Source: Ginkgo biloba (Eukaryota > Plantae > Ginkgophyta). Taken from it: DNA of 17,279 nt. Shown in pieces: positions 1-9,969 of this stretch. The notes under the pieces are model-generated. The model made no database searches. It had not been told where the DNA came from and saw nothing but the letters and a program-made list of their open reading frames with translations. The stretch covers positions 62,426,513 through 62,443,791 of the forward strand of contig JANKJI020000002.1 in NCBI GenBank assembly GCA_024626585.2. The letters are read 5' to 3'. The number at the start of each line of letters is the position of its first letter. Position 1 is the stretch's first letter. A program made the position numbers and the translations under genes.

Positions 1-880
1 TAAAAGAAACCATTGATAAAAGGGTCTATAGGATTTCATAATATTCATCCATAAAATAAATATTGTAGGAACAAGAGTTAATATCTAAAGACTACAACAC
101 ATGTATAGTGGTAGCAAGGAACAAAAGAAGCAGATAGGGATTTATACCTGAAATGACAACATGACAAGCCTTCAAAAAGGTCTTATACAAAATTTGTTTA
201 TGATCAAATGCTTCTTATATTAACTGCACAATTGAAGAAAATATCCATCCTTAGTAAATTTGTTGAGATAGGAAAATATCCATATTAACTTATCTTCACG
301 GTTGATGGAAAANNNNNNNNNNTTGACATAGAGGCTGCATCACTCGCTTCTTTTTTCCATGAGAAGGGCTTCAACCTTGTACTCTAGGAGAGACATATAC
401 TTTCTATTCTTGAGCTACCTTAATACCCCTAGGGTTACAAAATAAAGCTCCATTGCTATTGGCAATTGTCATTATATTCTTTCACAGCATTGGGGGAGCA
501 TTAGTCCTGCTAGATTCTCAAAATTATGATTGAATTGTCAACCTGGGTTCTAGAATTTACATGGTGGCGGGACAATTGAATATTGTCTATTATTATACAG
601 TGTCTAATCTAACTATCACATAAAAAAACTAATGAAGAAACATGACAAATCGACAACTTCTACTAGAAACAAATGAAGAACTAAAAAAAATTAAAATCTG
701 TCTAAGAGGTAATTGGTGCTTGATGTTGGATGGGGATAGTTCCATCCAAAGCTCTTTAGAATCGGCCAAGACACTGTATATACCATTCCTTGTGAGGAGA
801 AAATTTTTATTTGTGATTCTCATTAATATGCAACAATTTATTCATGGTTTTCCAACAACCCAAATGGCCAATCCCAACAA
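1..880 (-). mobile_element. Possible highly decayed L1-type LINE ORF2 3' (zf-RVT-region) fragments
   Basis: Minus-strand translations: 'REDKLIWIFSYLNKFTKDGYF' (~300-240), like LINE 'EDKLIW..xGxFxxxxY'; and 'TRNGIYSV...LWMELSPSNIKHQLPLRQIL...SRSCRF..LH*FFM' (~790-620), like 'NGxYSV...IW...PxKIKHFLW...C..C...HLFF'. Motifs are degenerate and the call is inference. Confidence 0.35.
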
Positions 881-948
881 GTGGAATTAGAATTTGACCC
901 TTAATCATTGCTTATGAAAGGATGGCATCATTAATGATACTAAATTAT

Positions 949-1235
949 AAGGTAGTCAGTTGCGTGTCCCCAGTGGGAATGGTACCTGCACCCAGAGATG
1001 GGTGCGAGTAGTACCCATTATGGTCAGGCCGCACCTGGTTGTACTTAGGTGTCATCCCTCATCCCTGAGAGGATGCGTGGTTGTCCTTNNNNNNNNNNNN
1101 NNNNNNNNNNNNNNNNNNNNNNNNNNNNNNNNNNNNNNNNNNNNNNNNNNNNNNNNNNNNNNNNNNNNNNNNNNNNNNNNNNNNNNNNATACCGTCCCTT
1201 GCGTCCCCCTGTCCCCACGAACCCATGCGACCTTT
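949..1235. mobile_element. GC-rich island with repeated (C)GTCCC/GTACC motifs, probably a degraded non-autonomous DNA transposon (MITE-like); interrupted by an N gap
   Basis: Abrupt rise in GC. GTCCC occurs at ~966, 1196, 1203 and 1211. There is an internal inverted pair GCACCCA...TGGGTGC (~988-1006). The ends (AAGGTAGTCAGTTGCGTG vs reverse complement AAGGTCGCATGGGTTCGTG) are only weakly complementary, and no TSD is seen. Confidence 0.35.
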
Positions 1236-1237
1236 CT

Positions 1238-1440
1238 AAATTAGTTATCCTAAGGTCACCCTGAAGATAACTCTCGAGTCTCAACTGAGTTACCTTCGAA
1301 ATTCTCCTAAAGGATAAACTGAGTTACCCTCAACATGACCAGAGGACAAGTCCAAACTGAGTTAGTTTCTGGATTGATTGAGGGCAACTTTGGCTGGGTT
1401 ATCTTCAAGTTACCTTTAAACACTTTTGAGGGTAAGTGTG
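1238..1440. repeat. Degenerate tandem array of ~34-45 bp units with internal dyad symmetry
   Basis: AACTGAGTTA is exact at 1283, 1317 and 1355, with variants AAATTAGTTA at 1238 and GGCTGGGTTA at 1392 (spacings 45, 34, 38, 37). Units contain (G)AGTTAYCYTC...GAGGRYAACT-like inverted arms. Confidence 0.6.
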
Positions 1441-1547
1441 AAAAAATAACTCTTACAAGATTCACATAAATGGAACTAGACAAGGCTTCAACTTGACTTC
1501 TGAGGATAATCTAGCACTGGAAACAAAGAATTGTAATACAAAAATCC

Positions 1548-3290
1548 TATGAAAAATTTAGAGGACTCTTTATATCGTCATTAGAGACTTTGAAGGGTTC
1601 AGAGGAATCTGAGGAGGTTGAGGAGCCAGTGATAGCCTTGGAGATGGGGAAAAATTTAATTCGAGTGCCACCACAAATCCACCAAATACCAGGGAGTTCA
1701 CCACCAATACCAGCGCATGATCCATAACACTCGAGCAACTTTAAGTAGCATGAGTGTCTTCACAATATCGAGGGGAAGAACTATGCAGGGATGAAGATCT
1801 AGAGGTGGCTGTGGATGCTTATTTGACTCAACCGATTTTTGGGTACTTGGGTCCAGTGATGCAAAGTTGCTTCTATATTTAGAGGATATGCAGTTAGCTG
1901 TATAGCTGATGCTCAGAGTCACCAGGATAGAGGTTTGGAGTCCTGTAGCAATAATGACCCCTGGGCAAAAGAGTGTAGTTTGAAAACATGAACTTTCTTC
2001 ACATGCTGTACAGTCAAGAGGTTCCAACACAACTGTAGGCTCCTGTAACTTCTATACTTCCTACACAACCTGGATCAGCCGGGGAAGGTCATTTCATCAT
2101 CATGAAGATGTATTGAATAAATTGGTGGATGAGTTGAATCAGACGATGACAACTATTCTAATACTGAAAACATATGTTGCCTTGGGAAAACCAGACCTAG
2201 CTTTTGGCCTGGAATATTCACTGGAGCAGAGGTAGTAAGCGAGATCTGGATGCTTGGCTATGACAGATTCGGAGGATGAGTAAGGGAGGAGTGACAGAGT
2301 AGGAAGTTTTGTTGAAAGTTGATCTCGTCACATGACCTTTGGTTCATAAATTGGAATGGGCTGTGATTGAGGGCAATGTTCCTTATGTTGGTCACTTGTC
2401 AGATATAGATTGGTTAAAGGAATAGAGCATGAACTGAGGAAGTTCAACATGAGATTGTCGGTAGAGTGAGGCACTAAGGAATCTCCAACAAGTGCATGTA
2501 GATGTTCGGGCACAGTGTCGAGCGAAGGAGGAGAAGGTGCAGAAATAAGAAACAAAGATAGCTACACTGAGGGCAGAGCAACAACTAGTATTGGAGAGAG
2601 AAATGTTTCAGGTTTGAGAGGAACATATGATACAGCTAGAGGCTGAGAGGGTCAAATTTCAAGATGAGCATCACTCATCCACAGAGCAATAATTGGCCAA
2701 CTCTTAGGCAGAGTTAAGAGGCAGAGACGCAGAAAATTCAGACAGAGCATTAGACTGGAGCATCACAGAGTGGTAATCGAGTGGGAGGAATCAGCTAGAG
2801 TTAACCTAGGCAGCCAAAATTGTGGTGCAGAAATCAGCTCGATATGAGTAGGAGTTGGCAAATCTTTATGCTAGGAGTGGAATATTTGTCATGCGGCCTG
2901 GCACCTCAGCTGTGTGACCTATTGGGTTAGTTACTAGAGTAGTTACTTTAGTGGTGACATCAGCCCTAATGAATATCTGCACTTGCAGTCAGTTCAACAG
3001 TTTGAGGATCTTGAATGACACCAGTTCCAGTGAGCATTGATTTTTCTCGAGCTTCGCATTAGTATCATTTGTTACTACTCTTGGACCACTGGCAATGATC
3101 TTACGCTTGACGATCACAGCCCCAGTTTTCCTTGTTCTGGCCTTAGTAGCTGTTCCATTCTTAGTAACATCTGGAGCTTCATTATCATCAGAAACAGCAT
3201 CTTCATCATTATCTTCAACAACGCTTTCAGTAGTGGCTCCTTGTACCAGAACATACTGTACTTCTTGGCTTGAGTAGGATGCTGAAGTTT
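1548..3290. mobile_element. Decayed coding-like internal region of a probable LTR element (no gag/pol motifs recognised); coding strand unresolved
   Basis: Higher GC than the flanks. Long frames on both strands are broken mainly by TGA/TAG (e.g. minus 'WPIIALWMSDAHLEI*PSQPLAVSYVPLKPETFLSPILVVALPSV*LSLFLISAPSPPS...' and the acidic 'VVEDNDEDAVSDDNEAPD'). The region ends directly at a PPT-like tract at 3291. Confidence 0.4.
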
Positions 3291-3300
3291 AGGGGAGGGG
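3291..3300 (+). other. Polypurine tract (PPT) of an LTR retrotransposon
   Basis: AGGGGAGGGG, preceded by CTTGAGTAGGATGCTGAAGTTT (resembles Ty3/Gypsy 'CTTGAGGACAA.GCT....TT' pre-PPT context) and followed 4 nt later by TATTAC, inferred to be a mutated TGTTAC LTR start. Confidence 0.5.
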
Positions 3301-3304
3301 TAGA

Positions 3305-3623
3305 TATTACCAACTACTTTTGATGTGGTTAGCCCTGATATTTTGTATGAGTAGAGAGCAACCTTTCCATCATTAGTAGTTGGATTAATCCAACTTTGGT
3401 GGGTGACTAATGGATGATGCTTAGGGGTCGCCCAGACTTTTAGGAGTCTCTTGGGGCCATCCGATGCTTAGTTAGGTGATTGCCTTATCATTTGTTTATG
3501 TTTTTGGAAGGCGGTCGTTAGTTGTTTGGTATGTCAACCATCAACCATCGCCCAACGACCACTCACCGCCTTTCTCAGTGGTTCCCTCCTCCTATAAAAG
3601 GTCCCCTATTATTTTGTGTGATC
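3305..3623 (+). mobile_element. Probable LTR (U3/R part), running into the N gap
   Basis: Starts after the PPT. Contains a TATA-like CCTATAAAAGG at 3591-3601, a perfect 18-bp palindrome at 3378-3395, and short direct repeats (GATGCTTAG twice). No partner LTR is in the window. Confidence 0.45.
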
Positions 3624-4859
3624 NNNNNNNNNNNNNNNNNNNNNNNNNNNNNNNNNNNNNNNNNNNNNNNNNNNNNNNNNNNNNNNNNNNNNNNNNNNNN
3701 NNNNNNNNNNNNNNNNNNNNNNNNNNNNNNNNNNNNNNNNNNNNNNNNNNNNNNNNNNNNNNNNNNNNNNNNNNNNNNNNNNNNNNNNNNNNNNNNNNNN
3801 NNNNNNNNNNNNNNNNNNNNNNNNNNNNNNNNNNNNNCCCACAAGCATATATGGTCATATGCCCAGTAGTGCCACAGCTGAACTATTTGTATTTGAGTGG
3901 TATTTACTACAAGCAAAGTGCTCCCAAGGGCCTAAGGTATGGATGCACTGCTAGGACAGTTTGACTCATGCAATAGTAGTATTCTCTGAAATGATTCATT
4001 TATCAAATATATGAATTCCCTAGGTAATAAGCCCTTTTTTAATGAATGCCAAAACTAACTTTCAAAAATCATTTAAAAATCTATTCCACTCAAAATGCCA
4101 AACAGTTTCATTGGATAATGGGTACCAAAAGAGATGCAGTTTGTAAAACTGTGAGTCTCCAACTGCATCTGCAAATTCTGTTGAAGATGGAGGATTGCTT
4201 CTTTTACTTATCTCTTGACATGATTTGGTCTGCTTGATTGCTGGCATAAATGAGAAAATATGAAAAATATAGAAATATGTCCAGAGAAAAATAGGCGTAC
4301 TGTGAATTTGTTCTTGTGCCTATGAAACTTATGGTTCTGGCTTCCAACTTTTGATCAAGTGATTTGGGACCCTTTTTCATTAGTGAGATTCGTATCCTGC
4401 AATAACAAGGTTTGAATGTGGTTTTGCATCTTTCCTTGTTCATTGACCATAAGATTGAATGTGTTTATTGTGTTGATTTTTTGACAGCACAAACTCTTAC
4501 TGAATTATGCAGAATATTTAAAGCTGACCGAGGATGTGTGTCAATCTGTAGGAATATTGGCATTCTAATTATGACTATAAAAACTCTTCTCTGCCCTCTC
4601 TCTGTGTGAAGTGTTGTATATCAAATGGCTATTGAAAGAAGACAATTGGTGAGGAAAACTAGAGACTTGAGGATAGACTTTATTATTTTTCAGTGCTGAA
4701 TATTTAAATCTAGCACTCAGCATTTCTTTCAAGGATAAAGGATCAGTAACCGTGATTGTTATCACTGGTGGTCCCTTTCTTAAACATTTCCTTTGGTGAA
4801 TTCCAAACGTGAATCCCCAATCAGTTGTTATTGATTACTTGGCTTAGGTTTGTAAGAAT

Positions 4860-6500
4860 GCAGACACATAACTTAATCCATCTCCAAGAATTTTCCCAAA
4901 CCTTTAAAACCTAAAATTTTATTACTTTTTGGTTCCACCACCTCAGAGCTTCCAAAAGGGAATTCGCCCAATTCAAGTCTTCTAAATTTTAAAAACTAAA
5001 ATATTTTTCAGTAAGGCTTATATGTGGATTTTTTATTTAATATAATTAATTTTCCACTTGGGTCCATGAAATTGAGGGAGTATAAAGTCCCCTTTATTTC
5101 CTCAATCCATCTCAAACTCCAAACTTTAAAACTTCAAATAAAGTATTTCATTGATTCCATCAACTTATATTTATCTTTTATTTATGTCCGTAAGGTTACA
5201 TGTAGGCTACTTAACTCATTGACTTCCTGAGTCACCACAAATTTTTACACTCCAAAATAGATTTATTCACTTTAATACAAAAATATTTTTATTCTGTGCA
5301 AATATCATGAAGTCAACTTTTTCTAGGGTCCAAAATCTGACTACCAAAGTCCAAAGAATAAATTTCATAAACAGAAACATGTTCAAGGCTTCATACCTCT
5401 CCACTCAACATCTAGTAATTCAAAATCTCAAGAAGGGTCTAGGACCTTTGATAAAATATTTTTTCCTTCTCAAAATAAAAATGTTATGTGGAGAGGGGAA
5501 GATGAAACATCTCCATAAACACGTCAGGAGTCAAATCATAAAGTACTTGATTTATGTCTGAGATTATGGTCTTGTATTATGCATTGAATCTTTGGGAACA
5601 CCATTAAACCAAAAGGTAGCATGGCATGACTTTAGGAAAAATGACATCTTGAATTAACCCAACTTTCTAGAACACCTTAGTTTTTTTTCTTTCTTCCTCC
5701 ATTTGGATGAATTTTCTCATATGGCTCTGACGTTAGCCTAACATATATCCATAGTATTTGTAACCTCAACTAATGGTGATTTTTCATATTCTCCTTGTCC
5801 TCTTGGTGCTCTCCTTGTCATGCTAATTGAATCTTCTGTAGAGAATGACACTTCACAATGATAACTCAAAGACTATAACAAATTAGAATTGAAAAATAAT
5901 AAACCAGAAGACCTTTCCACTCTTTCTCGANNNNNNNNNNNNNNNNNNNNNNNNNNNNNNNNNNNNNNNNNNNNNNNNNNNNNNNNNNNNNNATAATAGG
6001 TTTAAACATTCTCCATAAATGTAGAGAAGAGGATCTAATTGACACTTGGTTTCCACATTTATTAGAAAAACCATAGCACATGACTTAGCAGTAAATGTTG
6101 GTAATATCATTTAAATTCAAAACATGCAAAGAATAATCACATTAAATAACCACTCTTTTAATATGAGTCATTGATGACTAGGCCTAATGAGAGGATATCG
6201 TAGTGATAAGTGTCCTCATAAGAAACAACTCAAAATATATTTCAAGAAAAAGTACTATAATTTATCTCACTCATCTTTGTTACAATACTTTGCAACCCAA
6301 AATCCTAAATTCCAATCATCTCTATTTAGCAAATTTAGACCTAAAATATTCAATTAACTCACCTCCATTCTTATTTCAGGTCTGTGTAGCCACAAACCAA
6401 TGACTTAGTTGATCCACTTCTTTGAATTACCCTGAATTCTTGAATCCTAAACCTTAGATGAATGTGTAGCTTCATTAAACTTACTTCCCTTTACTTGATT
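4860..6500 (-). mobile_element. Decayed, internally deleted L1-type LINE (ORF1 remnant plus ORF2 endonuclease to RT fragments), antisense within the putative intron
   Basis: Motifs occur in the expected order on the minus strand: ORF1-like 'HWFVA' (~6400) and 'LPTF..SCAMV' (~6100); ORF2 start 'MDIC*ANVRA' (ATG 5752-5750; cf. MKILSWNVRG) then 'DVIFLK' (~5640); 'GPRPF(L)RF' (5446-5425); 'RWIEE..GD....QFH' (~5112-5065; cf. KWLKEGDRNTKFFH); and 'WRWIKLCV' (4886-4863; cf. RT 'WRRWIKLC'). Confidence 0.6.
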
Positions 6501-6857
6501 CGGGTTTGCACAAAGGTAGTAGGGAAAATCCCATTTACTCTCTCAAGTCTTATCCTTTTGGGACTTTGTGAAAAGAATGTCACATATTTATCTTATCTTA
6601 ATAGATTTACCTAAACTCTAAAATCCANNNNNNNNNNNNNNNNNNNNNNNNNNNNNNNNNNNNNNNNNNNNNNNNNNNNNNNNNNNNNNNNNNNNNNNNN
6701 NNNNNNNNNNNNNNNNNNNNNNNNNNNTCAGATCTTTTCACCATTTTCAATAATTTACCCATCCTTAGTAAGGAATAATTATTGTTTTGGATAAGAAATA
6801 ATTAGTCTCATCAAATGCTTTTCATGTTTCACCTGGTAGACTCTTAATTCTTTGCAG

Positions 6858-6929
6858 GTGGCTGCCGGTGCAGTCTTGGGGTTCATCATAGCCTATCTTT
6901 TGCATCTGACATCAAGATACTCCTCCTAA
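6858..6929 (+). CDS. Terminal coding exon of a DUF212 (divergent PAP2; acid phosphatase/vanadium-dependent haloperoxidase-related) family gene; VAAGAVLGFIIAYLLHLTSRYSS*
   Basis: Canonical plant acceptor ctcttaattctttgcag|GTG (AG at 6856-6857), phase-0 open frame to TAA at 6927-6929. The peptide matches the remembered plant DUF212 C-terminus (GHTPxQ|VAAGxxLGxxxAYL followed by a short tail). Other PAP2-type proteins with 'QVxAGAxLG' are not fully excluded. Confidence 0.75.
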   Translation: MAAGAVLGFIIAYLLHLTSRYSS

Positions 6930-7450
6930 TGGAAGGTCTTTTGGGTCTGCTGAATTATTCTCTTTTCTAAGGCCTCTATTTATCTTGGATTCAACATTTT
7001 GACGGTAGCTCTTCACTAAGTTGTTGACTGCCTGGATAAACACATGCCAATGCACAAGGAACATTTGTGCTCATGATAAAGCTTGGCTATAGCAGTGTCC
7101 TTCTGCTTTACTTGCAAGACTGGGATGCCAATTGCCAGGTGCTAAAAGGATTGTGATATTAGAATATGAAAACAGTTTCTCAGTATGAAAGCGGTACTGC
7201 TTCCTTGGTTATTTGTAGTTTGTTTTCTCAGGATTCATGTTCAATTTTAACATATTGTTAGCATTCTTGTATTTTAGTCTGTAGAGCATTTCCCATTGAG
7301 CAATGTAGTGTTGTAATCCAGCAAATTCATGAAAACAATATACTCGACCAAATTTGAAGTTGCTTAGGTGCTTTGTGATTGAAAGTTGTTAATTTGAACA
7401 AATGGAACAGGTTTCTATCAATAAACCAAGTTCTTGCATTGTCAAGATTA
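6930..7450 (+). other. Probable 3' UTR of the DUF212-like gene
   Basis: T/GT-rich, non-repetitive sequence after the stop. TGTA elements at ~7213, 7268, 7280, 7303 and 7312; AATAAA at 7420-7425. The end point is a guess. Confidence 0.45.
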
Positions 7451-7965
7451 TATCTGATTTATTTTTCCAATCAACATTGAAGCACATCATGTAAAAGATG
7501 GTAGTAGATTATCACTAGTAGTTCAAGATCTTAAGAATGAAAACACATAACAACACTTCAAACGGCTTCTTAAATATTTTCTTATGGTTTCCAGGAGGCT
7601 GAATATTAACAATGGAATTTTGGAATGAGAGTGACAGACAACCACCTTNNNNNNNNNNNNNNNNNNNNNNNNNNNNNNNNNNNNNNNNNNNNNNNNNATG
7701 GAACAAAAATGTTACCGAACACTTGATGGGAAAACTTCTATCTCCTCTCCTTGAAATTCTTTTAGGCCTCTTATCTGCAGCTGGTTATGTTAGGTTTCAC
7801 TTAATTAATTTTGAGTCATTCTACTGTGTCATATTTAACTGCTTCTCAGCACCACACCTGTTGCTAGGATGGAAAGTAAATTAACTAAATGTTGACCAAG
7901 CTTTGNNNNNNNNNNNNNNNNNNNNNNNNNNNNNNNNNNNNNNNNNNNNNNNNNNNNNNNNNNNN

Positions 7966-9724
7966 TAAGTTTTTTGGGTTTCTTTCTTCTTCATCTTGAC
8001 TATACCTCCTTTTAGAGACTCCAAAAACTTTCATTTTTCATTAACTTTATTCCCATTAAAGTGGGATCTCATGAAGATGCTACCAGTTTAAAAGATGTCA
8101 AGGTGCAACAAGATGATCAATTTTGTCCATTTGTTTTGCCTCCTTTGCTTCAACATTACCCCTCAAGAATTGATGTCTTTTCCTCAAGATATCCCCTTTC
8201 TCGTTTAATGTTTTTGTTTTTTTCTACTATCTTTGCTTCTTGCACTGTAGTTGTCTCCTCTCTATGTTAGACTCAGGGTAACAACCATTTCCAATTGAAT
8301 TCCTACAAGATTGTTTTTGCTCTAGTCTCTGTTCCTATAATAATATGCCTTCCTTGTAAGGTTTTTCCTACTTTCATCCATTTTTTTATGAAATCTATTT
8401 CAACTTGTTAAGAGTGGTCCTCTTCTCTCGTCTTAAAGTTTAGGTTCTGCACCCTTTTGTAGATGTCTTGGAAACCTAACCTTTCATTGTGGCTTTCCTG
8501 TTGAATAAATTTGCTACAATAATTATAGTCAGCTCTGTATGCAATTTGACGGCCATTACTACCCTTCCTAGTAGTCATCAAAGTTCCACCTTCAAAATGT
8601 GCTAGTTTTCTTTTCCCAACAAAAGTGCCATGACACCTCTCTACTAATTCCAAAAGTATTTGATATAAATGAAATTAAAACCATCGCCTACTGGCTTGTC
8701 AAAGCTCCTCAAATGCCAAACCTCGAAGTGCTTTCTTTGTTGTATACCTAGGGGGGGTGGTACGATGAGTGTGTTCCTTAGCGATTTTGGTGCAACAATC
8801 TCTGGGATGTTACAGTCTTACTCTTGTAGTTGGCAAGCATCATATTCAGTAACATATGTTTGAATTTTTTTATAATTTTCACGGTTTTGGCGTTTTTCAA
8901 CGACGATTTCACTTCGAGCAACGGATTTTTGTTGCATTCTCATCCGATTCAAATCAGGATCACCTTCTGAATCATCTCAGATTCCTCCACAAGCCTCCAA
9001 CGAGCTCCAACAGCTATGACGACTCCTCCCTCTACAACTTCTAAGAGTTCTGCAACTTGCAATCGCATCACCTCTTCCACTGAGCTTTCGTGGCGTTGGA
9101 CGATGGTACCTTCTAGAACGACATCTTCATACACCAACAACCACTGCAATCTTCTTCCTTCGACATCTCATAGATCCCCGTAGCTTTTGGCATTCCAACC
9201 AATTCTCCATGTTCCCACAACATTCGCCCACGGTGTACCAGTCGCACAGCTTCACGCAGCGACCCTTTCTTTGACCTTACACTCTGCAATGATCACGACA
9301 TAGATTTCCACACCTACGATGATCCTCCATGGTCTCCATAGTGTATGGTGACTCAACGGCCTCAAGGCCCTCACACGACTATTCAACCCATGGCGTTTTT
9401 CACCAAACAGACCTTTGGCGTCTCACATATGCTCAATGACCCTCCACGGCCACAACAACCTCTGCATAGGGCTCAATAACGTTCCAGCAGCCTCAAAGGC
9501 TCTCCAAGCAACCTGTAAACAACATATTACATCCCCCAAAAGAGCCTCATGAACCTACTAAAATTCCTCCCTGTTTCAAAATAGTCAATCTTCTTCTCAC
9601 AACTCCAAATCCCTTCAAAGAATATCACACTCATATACACAGAAGAGTTCCATGTAATAACAATATTAATCCTTCAAAAATTCTCTAAACCAAGAATTCT
9701 TCATAAACACCACATAAAATACGT
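7966..9724. mobile_element. Unclassified decayed retroelement-like block
   Basis: E/K-rich broken frames on the minus strand (8653-8408 and 'NIEETTTVQEAKIVEKNKNIKRERGYLEEK...'). PPT-like tracts on both strands: plus AGGGGGGGTGG (8750-8760) followed by CGATGAG, and minus TTTGGGGGA|TGTAATA (9540-9525). C-rich short degenerate repeats at 9300-9510. No catalytic domain was recognised. Confidence 0.3.
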
Positions 9725-9824
9725 NNNNNNNNNNNNNNNNNNNNNNNNNNNNNNNNNNNNNNNNNNNNNNNNNNNNNNNNNNNNNNNNNNNNNNNNNNNN
9801 NNNNNNNNNNNNNNNNNNNNNNNN

Positions 9825-9969
9825 TCTGAACTGATTGATGTTGAAAAATTGATGGATGAGTCGTGGTTAGGGGTGAAATGCCACTCCAACCTAGAGCTAG
9901 CTGGTTCTCCCCGAAATGGTTGAGGCGCAACAGTTGATTGGACTATCTAGGGGTAAAGCACTGTTTCGG
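9825..9969 (+). pseudogene. rrn23: NUPT: 145-bp fragment of plastid 23S rRNA (domain II region); left end hidden in the gap
   Basis: GATGTTGAAAAAT..GGATGAGTCGTGGTTAGGGGTGAAATGCCACTC..AGAGCTAGCTGGTTCTCCCCGAAAT..TTGAGGCGCA..CAGTTGA.TGGACTATCTAGGGGTAAAGCACTGTTTCGG is collinear with land-plant chloroplast 23S rRNA as I recall it. It carries several C>T/G>A changes and ends abruptly. Confidence 0.93.

Noticed and set aside
726-749. TTGGATGG...CCATCCAA hairpin as a terminator or miRNA precursor
   Set aside because: The stem is only 8 bp, too short for a plant pre-miRNA, and intrinsic terminators are irrelevant in this context.
1238-1440. CRISPR array
   Set aside because: The conserved part is only ~10 bp, the 'spacers' resemble one another, no cas genes are present, and the context is plant nuclear DNA.
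3838-3936. Upstream DUF212 exon: the frame reads 'SIYGHMPSSATAEL...GPK' followed by a donor-like AAG|GTATGG, reminiscent of GGMPSSHSA
   Set aside because: It lacks the conserved HS and the following hydrophobic helix, and two more exons would be needed before 6858. Most likely coincidence.
3476-3964. Long ORFs spanning N runs (also 960-1284, 9685-9930, 11083-11496, 12795-13101, 15121-15642)
   Set aside because: Their length comes from X residues in assembly gaps. Only the flanking peptides of 11037-11426 and 15057-15506 are meaningful, and those are TE fossils.
5024-5561. Plus-strand 68-aa and 84-aa ORFs as genes
   Set aside because: They have AT-biased composition and no motifs, and they overlap the minus-strand LINE remnant.
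9825-9969. Functional rRNA gene or bacterial contamination
   Set aside because: Only 145 bp, with plastid-type sequence, transition-biased mutations and direct fusion to retrotransposon DNA.
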